Under the pieces are notes generated by a model. That model saw only the letters and a program-made list of their open reading frames with translations. It was not told where the DNA came from and searched no databases. The position numbers and the translations under genes were made by a program. 64,000 nucleotides of DNA from the human T2T-CHM13v2.0 reference genome, Homo sapiens: assembly GCF_009914755.1 (NCBI RefSeq), contig NC_060940.1; one strand, 5' to 3'. The number at the start of each line of letters is the position of its first letter. Position 1 is the first letter of the stretch. This document shows, piece by piece, positions 52,419 to 64,000 of the stretch.

Positions 52419-53420
52419 CGCTAGGGCTCAGGGGGTCCGCCGTGCAGGAGGGGAGACGGAGGGGGATGGGAAGTCTTCATTCTCAGAAGGCCGGGCTCCA
52501 GCGGCTGGAGCAGACGGCCCCGAGCCGGGTTGGATACGTGGGTTCCTAGGGAGGTGCACACTAGCCGAGGACGCCTCTCAGATGCTGCTGTGGCCAGCTG
52601 CTGACGAGCCCGGCCGGAGGGCACTGTTCCCACTCGCGCTCTCAAAGAGCCGCGACCTGAGGCCAGCTTGGCTTCACGCCCGGGCTCTGAAAGCCCGAGC
52701 TGCGGTGGGGCCGCTGCGCCCTGGCCTGAGGGGAGAGAGACCCCATCAGCGGTGCGAGCGGGGGTTTGGCCTCGCTGGACTTTGTGTTCCCCACCTAGGA
52801 AAAGAGGAAAAGGGGGCAGAGTGTCTATTGGTTCCTCATCCACCGGGGCATCTCCCCCTTGCAGGCTCTCTCTTAGATGCCCGTAGCTTCCTGCTGTTGA
52901 GGGTAAAGTGAATGCATTTTAAATATTTGCCATGTCTTTTATTAGCCCATCCTTTCCCTAACTTCCGCACCTATTTCAAAACCTTTATGAAACTCCAGGT
53001 AGACTGCAGTTTCGCCCTCCAACAGGCTGAAGTGAGGCTGAAGTGGTTCTGAATTTTTAGTGTGTATGGGATCCTCTTGGCCAGCTTGTTTAAACGCAGA
53101 TTGCTGCCCCCACCCTCAGCTTCTGGTTCTTTTAGCTCTAGGGCAGGCCCCAGAATTGGCATTGCTACCCCGTCTCCAGGTGTTGCTCATGCTGCCGGTT
53201 ACTACCTTGATAACCTGATAACCTCTGCTGTTGGTGTTTGCTGCTAACACACCGGTATCCTCTTTCAAGGATGGCCCTTGTGTGGGATAATTAATAATGG
53301 CCCTGAAGAGCCAAACCCGGAAAGGCAGGGTCCCAGTCTAGTCCCCTTTAGCACAGGAACGCTCTTTGTTTTTGCTCAAGGTCTCACTGTCGCCCAGGCT
53401 GGAGTGCAGTGATGTCATCA

Positions 53421-53747
<327 letters not shown>

Positions 53748-54514
53748 TCATGAGGTCAGGAGTTCAAGACCAGCCTGGCCAAGATGGTGAAACTCCGTCT
53801 CTACTAAAAATATAAAAATTAGCCGGGCATGGTGGCAGGCGCCTGTAATCCCAGCTACTCAGGAGGCTGAGGCAGGAGAATCACTTGAATCCGGGGGGAT
53901 GGAGGTTTCAGTGAGCCAACGTCGCGCCACTGCACTCCAGCCTGGCCGGCAGAGCAAGACTCCGTCTCAAAAACAAACAAACAAACAAACAAACAAACAA
54001 AACACCGGCAGACTCTCAACACAAGTGATTTTACCCACCCTCCTCCCTCCACATTAAAAGGCTTCTACAGAGGCGGGTCACAGTGGCTCACGCCTGTAAT
54101 CGCAGCACTTTAGGAGGCCTAGGCATGTAGATTGTCTGAGCTTAGGAGTTTGAGACCAGCCTAGGCAACGTGGAAAAACCCTGTCTCTCTTTATAAAAAA
54201 GAAAAGAAGGCTGGGCGCCATGGCTCATGCCTGTAATCCCAGCACTTTGGGAGGCCGAGGCGGGTGGATCACAAGGTCTGGAGTTCAGGGGTGGCCTGAA
54301 CTCTTCCAGCCTGGCCAAGATGGTGAAACTCCGTCTCTACTGAAAATACAAAAAATTAGCGGGGCGTGGTGGCAGGCGCCTGTAATCCTAGCTACTGGGG
54401 AGGCTGAGGCAGAGAATTGCTTGAACCCAGGAGGTGGAGGTTGCAGTGAGCAGAGATTGCACCACTGCACTCCAGCCTGGACAACAGAGCAAGAATCCGT
54501 CTCAAAAAAAAAAA

Positions 54515-56049
<1,535 letters not shown>

Positions 56050-57009
56050 TGACCAGGATGGTCTCTATCTGTTGACCTTGTGATCCGCCAGCCTCAGCCT
56101 CCCAAAATGCTGGGATTACAGGCATGAGCCACTGCTCTGGGCCTTTTTTTTTTTTTTTTTTTAATGTCTTTTTTGACTGGGCAAGGAGGCTCATGCCTGT
56201 AATCCTAGCACTTTGGAAGGCTGAGGCAGGCAGATCACTTAAGGTCAGGAGTTTGAGACCAGCCTGGCCAACATGGTGAAACCCTCTCCCTACTAAAAAT
56301 ACTTAAGTTAGCCGGACATGGTGGCGGGTGTCTGTAATCCCAGCTACTCGGGAGGCTGAGGCAGGAGAATCACTTCAACCCTGGGGGCAGAGGTTGCCGT
56401 GAGCCAAGATCGCACCACTGCACCCCAGCTTGTGCGACAGCCTGCCTCAGCTTCCCGAGTAGCTGGATTGTGCCACTGCACTCCAGCCTGCATGACAGAG
56501 CAAGACCCTTGTCTCTCAAAAAATAAAAGAAAATGTACCAAGTAGCTAATAGGAAATGTGCAATCATACAGTACTTGTCCTCTTGTGACCAGCATATTCT
56601 ACTTAGCATAATGTCCACAAGGTTCATCCATATTGTAGCATATGTCAGAATTTCCTTCCTTTGTAAAGCTGGATAATACTCTATTATATGTACATACCAC
56701 GTTTTCTTTATTCATTCATCTGTCAATGATGGGTTGTTTGTAGCTCTTGGCTACTTTAAATACTACTGCTATGAACATGAGTGTACAAATATCTCTTTGA
56801 GCTCCTGCTTTCAATTGTGTTGTCTATTTTCTTTTTTTCTTCGAGACAGGGTCTTGTTCTCAATTTTTGCTTCAAAATAATCCAGGTTTGAGGTATAGGT
56901 ATAGATACAACAAGGTTGGTTAAATTGATAATTATAGAAGAGATGAGGCCACGCATGGTGGCTCACACCCATAATCCCAGGACTTTGGGAGGCCGAAGCA
57001 GGCAGATCA

Positions 57010-57273
<264 letters not shown>

Positions 57274-57517
57274 TTAATTAATTATAACAATTTTTCATCT
57301 TTGAATATATTTGAAGTTTCCATAATAAAATGATTTTTTGGCTGGGTAAAAACTAATCAGGCGTGGTGATGCATGCCTGTAGTCCCTGCTATTTGTGAGG
57401 CTGAAGCAGGAGGATCAATTTAGTCTGGGAGGTCCAGGCTGCAGTGAACCATGATTGTGCCACTGCACGCTAGCCTGGGCAACAGATCAAGTGAAATTGC
57501 TGGATCATATAGTAATT

Positions 57518-57982
57518 TTTTTTTTTGCTCATAATCTTTATTGGAAAATGGACACCAAAATAGATCACTATTGTATACTTTGCAAAATCAAACATAATTA
57601 TGAATACATTATCTTGGTAGATGAATTAGAATTGCTAGACTTATGATAAGGCTTTCTGTGAGATAACACAGATTCAGGAAGTGGTGTGGATCACTCCATT
57701 TGTGTTGCTTTCCTCTAAGTGAACACCCTCTGTGAGTCTGGGCTTTCCTTCTGTAGGCTGATACTGTTGAACAACCCACACAAAGAACCACTGTCTGAGC
57801 ATGGCTGAAAACTATGGTAATCTTGGGACAATCTCAACATTTTACAACCATAAAATAAGAATTTGGACTTTGAACTAGCCATTTCTTTTATGATTTTTCT
57901 TTTCCTCTTCCAAAGACGGATGTAATAAATCTGTAGCCAAAGACTTGATCCTTTCGCAAGCCCTGCCTGTCCAGTCCAGATC
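57518..57982 (-). pseudogene. Processed pseudogene of RPS27L (ribosomal protein eS27-like)
   Basis: Intronless decayed CDS at ~57944-57699 reading [84 protein letters not shown] fits RPS27L rather than RPS27 (HPSPEEEKR). ATG lost, frameshifts, internal stop. AATAAA at 57542-57537, poly(A) at 57526-57516, TSD TAGTAATT at 57510-57517 and 57983-57990. Confidence 0.93.
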
Positions 57983-57994
57983 TAGTAATTCTAG

Positions 57995-58130
<136 letters not shown>

Positions 58131-58323
58131 TAGCTGGGATTACAGGCACATGCCACCACACCCGGCTAATTTTTGTATTTTTAGTAGAGATGGGGTTTCA
58201 CCATATTGGTCAGGCTGGTCTTGAACTCCAGACCTCGTGGTCCACCTACCTCGGCCTCCCAAAGTGCTGGGATTACAGGTGTGAGCCACCGCGCCCGGCC
58301 TTCAATTTTTTTTTTTTTTTTTT

Positions 58324-58427
58324 AGTATGGAACGCTTCATGAATTTGCGTGTCATCCTTGCGCAGGGGTCATACTAATCTTCTCTGTATCGTTCCAATTT
58401 TAGAATATGTGCTGCCGAAGCGAGCAC
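58324..58427 (-). pseudogene. U6 snRNA retropseudogene (near full length) with A18 tail at 58306-58323
   Basis: Reverse complement reads GTGCTCGCTTCGGCAGCACATATTCTAAAATTGGAACGATACAGAGAAGATTAGTATGACCCCTGCGCAAGGATGACACGCAAATTCATGAAGCGTTCCATACT, about 5 substitutions from U6. Ends in poly(A) instead of oligo-T. The upstream flank is L1 sequence, not a PSE/TATA promoter. Confidence 0.97.
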
Positions 58428-58536
58428 TCTAGTGTTAATTTTTTGAAGAGCACCATACTGTTTCCCGTATCTGCTGCACCATTCTCCACTCCCACCAACA
58501 GTGGACAGGCTTCCAATTTCTCCACACCTTCACTAA

Positions 58537-58758
<222 letters not shown>

Positions 58759-58823
58759 TGAACTCCTGACCTCAGGTGATCCCCCTGCCTCAGCCTCCCA
58801 AAGTGCTGGGATTACAGGCGTGA

Positions 58824-59267
<444 letters not shown>

Positions 59268-59720
59268 TGAGCCACTGTACCTAGCCACATCACTCTTAAT
59301 AAAACAAATGCAGATGAAAATCACCACACTGAGATATCATTTTTCACATACCAGATTGGCAACAATCAAAAAGCTTGATAACTATCTTGGCAAGAGTGTG
59401 GGGCATTCTTATCCACTGCTAGTGTAACTGGAAATCTGTGCCACCTAATCCCAAAATTCTGGGATTACAGATGGGAGACACCATGCCCGGCCTTTTTTTT
59501 TCTTTTTTAGTTTTCTTCCTCCAGTGCCAAGGAATTGGCTTTTTTGCGGGGTGGGGGGATACAGAGTCTGGCTCTGTCACCCAGGTTGAAGTGCAGTAGC
59601 GATATCTCAGCTCACTGCATCGTACACCCTCCAGGTTCAAGCCATTCTTTTGCCTCAGCCTCCCACGTAGCTGGGATTACAGGCACATGCCACCATGCTC
59701 GGCTACTTTTTGTATTTTAA

Positions 59721-59897
<177 letters not shown>

Positions 59898-60681
59898 TGA
59901 ACTTACATCTTTACTTGGTTTCTTTCCCTGCCCTATCCTGCTTTCCCCACTCCCCTAGGAAGTCGCTTACACAAGAATTCCTGTCTCAGGCTCTGCATCT
60001 AGGCACCCAACCTAAAATATCCCTATGGGCAGTTCTGGCTCCCAGAGGGAATTTCTGCTACCAGTAACAGCCACACATCTCATCAGGGGCCTGAAGATTT
60101 CACCTTCTCCAAAAAGTCCTCCCTCCCAGACCTGGACCCTCACATTCTGGCAGTAGGTCATTTGTTTAACAATAAGGAGTTTGGATGCCTACATTGTATT
60201 AGGCACTGCGCTAAACCCTTTATGTGCATTAGCTCATGAAACCCTCCCAACAACCTAATTTGGAAATTCTATTTTAATCTCACAGATAAGGAAGTTGGGC
60301 TCAAACAGGTTGAGTGGCTTGCTCGCACGGTTAGAAAGTGATGAGAGGCCAGGTGTGGTGGCTCACACCAGTAATCCCAGCACTTTTGGAGCCCAAGGTG
60401 GGAGGATCGCTTGAGCCAAGGAGTTCAAGACCAGGCTGGAGGCCAAGAGTGGTGGCTCATGCCTATAATCCTAGAATTTTGGGAGGGTGAAGCAGACAAA
60501 TCACCTGAGTTCAGGAGTTCAAGGCCAGCCTGGCCAGTATGATGAAACCCCATCTCTACTAAAAATACAAAAATTAGCCATGTGTTTGGCCAGGTGCGGT
60601 GGCTCATGCCTGTAATCCCAGCACTTTGGGAGGCTGAGGCGGGCGGATCATGAGGTCAGGAGATCGAGACCATCCTGGCTA

Positions 60682-61095
<414 letters not shown>

Positions 61096-61590
61096 CTATG
61101 CTATAAGAAAAAAAATATTGTTTTTAAAGGGCTGAGTGTGGTGGCTCATGCCTGTAATCCCAGTACTTTGGGAAGCCACGGCAGGAGGATTGCTTGAACC
61201 CAGCTGTTCGAGACCAGCTTTGGCAACATGGCAAGACCCTGTGTGGTTGCACACACCTATAGTCCCAGCTACTTGGGAGGATCACTTGAGCCCAGGGGTT
61301 GGAGGCTGCTGTGAGCCGTGATTGCACCACTGCACTCCAAACTGGGCAACAGAGTGAGACCCTGTCTCAAAAGAGAGAAAAAAAGAAAAAGAAAAAAAAA
61401 AGAAAGTCGTGGCAGCTGAGCGGATTTGTCTAAGTTTAATCCTTGGATTTAATCACTAGACTCTGTTCTTTTTTATTTTTTGAGATGGAGTCTCGCTGTG
61501 TCACCCAGGCTGGAGTGTAGTGGCATGATCTTGACTCACTGCATCTCCTGCCTCCTGGATTCAAGCAATTCTCCTGCCTCAGCCTCCTGA

Positions 61591-61956
<366 letters not shown>

Positions 61957-62531
61957 TAGTAGAGATGGGTTTTACGTGTCGGCCAGGCTGGTCTCGAACT
62001 CCTGACCTCGTGATCCTACCGCCTCAGCCTCTCAAAGTGCTGGGATTACAGGCATGAGCCACCATGCCTGGCCGACTGTGCTTTATTTTATAACAGTTTG
62101 TGTGTATGTGTGTGTAATGGCTCTGTGTACCCCAGATGGTGAGGCCACGTACAGATTTTTGGGTCTGCTGCTGCACTGAGGGCTTCATTTTACTAAAAAC
62201 CTTCCTTGAGTTTCTTTGCTCCTCAGGCAAGGAGATGCCAGAGCAGCCTGGAAGCTACCTCTCCTCTACTAACCATACTGCCCTAGGAGGTATAGGGTGG
62301 AGCATAAGGCCTCTAAGCTCCTTGGGGGCACACTGTTTTCTTGAGCCCCCACCAAACCCGCAGTTGCAGGCATCCCTACTTCCCACTTCACTGCAGAGCC
62401 CAGGACCTGCATTGCTGAGAACAGCAACAGTGAGAGGCAGTTCATCACCTCCCTGGAGGCCTCCTAGGTTCACAGAAGAAACAGCAGGCATTGAAGTGGG
62501 AGAAGGAGGATGAGACCTGGGCCAAGTGTAG

Positions 62532-62872
<341 letters not shown>

Positions 62873-62959
62873 TGATCTTCCTGCCTCGGCCTCCTAAAGT
62901 GCTGGGATTATAGGTGTGGGCCACCACACCTGGCCAATCAATTGTTTTTAACCACCTAC

Positions 62960-64000
62960 TGTGTCCGGAATTGGTGGGTTCTTGGTCTCACTAACTTCAA
63001 GAATGAAGCCACGGACCCTTGCCGTGAGTGTTACAGCTCTTAAGGTGGTGCGTCTGGAGTTTGTTCCTTCTGACGTTCGGATGTGTTCAGTTTCTTCCTT
63101 CTGGTGGGTTCGTGGTCTCCTTGGCTCAGGAGTGAAGCTGCAGACCTTCACGGTGAGAGTTACAGCTCTTAAGGTAGTGCGTCGGGAGTTGTTGGTTCCT
63201 CTCGGTGGGCTCCTAGTCTTGCTAGCGTCAAGACTAGAAGCTGTAGACCTTTGCGGTGAGCGTTACAGCTCATAAAAGGAGTGGGGACCTAAAGAGTAAG
63301 CAGCAGCAAGATTTATTGCCAAGAGCGAGATAACAAGACCTCCCCAATACCACAGGGGATCCTAGCAGGTTGCCGCTGCTGGCTCCGCAACCTGCTTTTA
63401 TTCTCTTATCTGGCCCCACCCACATCCTGTTGATTGGTAGAGCTGAGTGGTCTGTTTTGACAGGGCGCTGATTGGTGTGTTTACAATCCCTGAGCTAGAC
63501 ACAAAGGTTCTCCACGTCCCCACCAGATTAGTTAGATACAGAGTATCGACACAAAGGTTCTCCAAGGCCCCACCAGAGTAGCTAGATACAGAGTGTGGAT
63601 TGGTGCACTCACAAATGCTGAGCTAGACACAGGGTGCTGATTGGTGTGTTTACAAACCTTGAGCTAGATACAGAGTGCCCATTGGTGTATTTACAATCCC
63701 TGAGCTGGACATAAAGGTTCTCCACGTCTCCACCAGACTCAGGAGCCCAGCTGGCTTCACTCAGTGGATCCCGCATTGGGGCTGCATGGTGGAGCTGCTT
63801 GCCAGTCCTGCGCCCTGCGCCCGCACTCCTCAGCCCTTGGGTGGTCGATGGGACTGGGCGCCGTGGAGCAGGGAGCGGCGCTCGTCGGGGAGGCTCTGGC
63901 GGCACAGGAGCCCACGGCGTGGCTGGGGAGGCTCAGGCATGGCGGGCTGCAGGTCCGGAGCCCTGCCCCGCGGGGAGGCAGTTAAAGCCGGGCGAGAAAT
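62960..64000 (-). mobile_element. LTR12 (ERV9 LTR, LTR12C-like), truncated by the window edge
   Basis: Canonical 3' terminus ...AAGAACCCACCAATTCCGGACACA at 62960. U5 tandem GAGCTGTAAC units. U3 repeats with CCAAT boxes at 63433, 63471, 63599, 63640 and 63681. GATA and AATAAAA TATA-like box at ~63396-63410. GC-rich U3 segment. Confidence 0.92.

Larger units (their letters stand above)
51590..52770. promoter_or_regulatory. CpG island / ST3GAL2 main promoter
   Basis: Very high GC and CpG density compared with the CpG-depleted flanks. Sp/KLF GC boxes (CCGCCC near 52130 and 52283), no TATA box, SBS-type motifs at 52304-52418. Confidence 0.92.

Noticed and set aside
58324-58427. Functional U6 snRNA gene
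   Set aside because: No upstream PSE/TATA (the flank is L1), a poly(A) tail instead of a T-run terminator, substitutions in the internal stem-loop region, and a TSD.
63430-63740. Regularly spaced direct repeats resembling a CRISPR-like array
   Set aside because: These are the normal ~40-bp U3 enhancer repeats of LTR12 in a mammalian genome, with no unique spacers or cas genes.

Overview
Primate (protein matches my recollection of human) genomic DNA containing the 5' two-thirds of ST3GAL2 (beta-galactoside alpha-2,3-sialyltransferase 2, GT29) on the minus strand. The gene structure is a CpG-island promoter with a non-coding exon 1 (donor at 51977), a ~39 kb Alu-dense intron 1, a 1342-nt exon 2 (1003 nt of 5'UTR plus codons 1-113), then coding exons at 8020-8213 and 1394-1573 carrying sialylmotif L. 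The remaining exons lie left of the window. Upstream, an old L1 hosts a full-length RPS27L processed pseudogene and, immediately beside it, a U6-polyA-Alu composite with a single TSD. An LTR12 (ERV9) LTR at the right edge points toward ST3GAL2. No new protein-coding system was found, and most ORF-track entries are Alu-derived or spurious. The best leads are the uORF-loaded leader (12 uAUGs, including a strong-Kozak exon-1 uORF and an AUGA stop/start overlap), the retrocopy pile-up, the LTR12 promoter, a triple ZNF143/THAP11-type motif and candidate cryptic exons. Repeat boundaries and subfamily calls are by eye and approximate.
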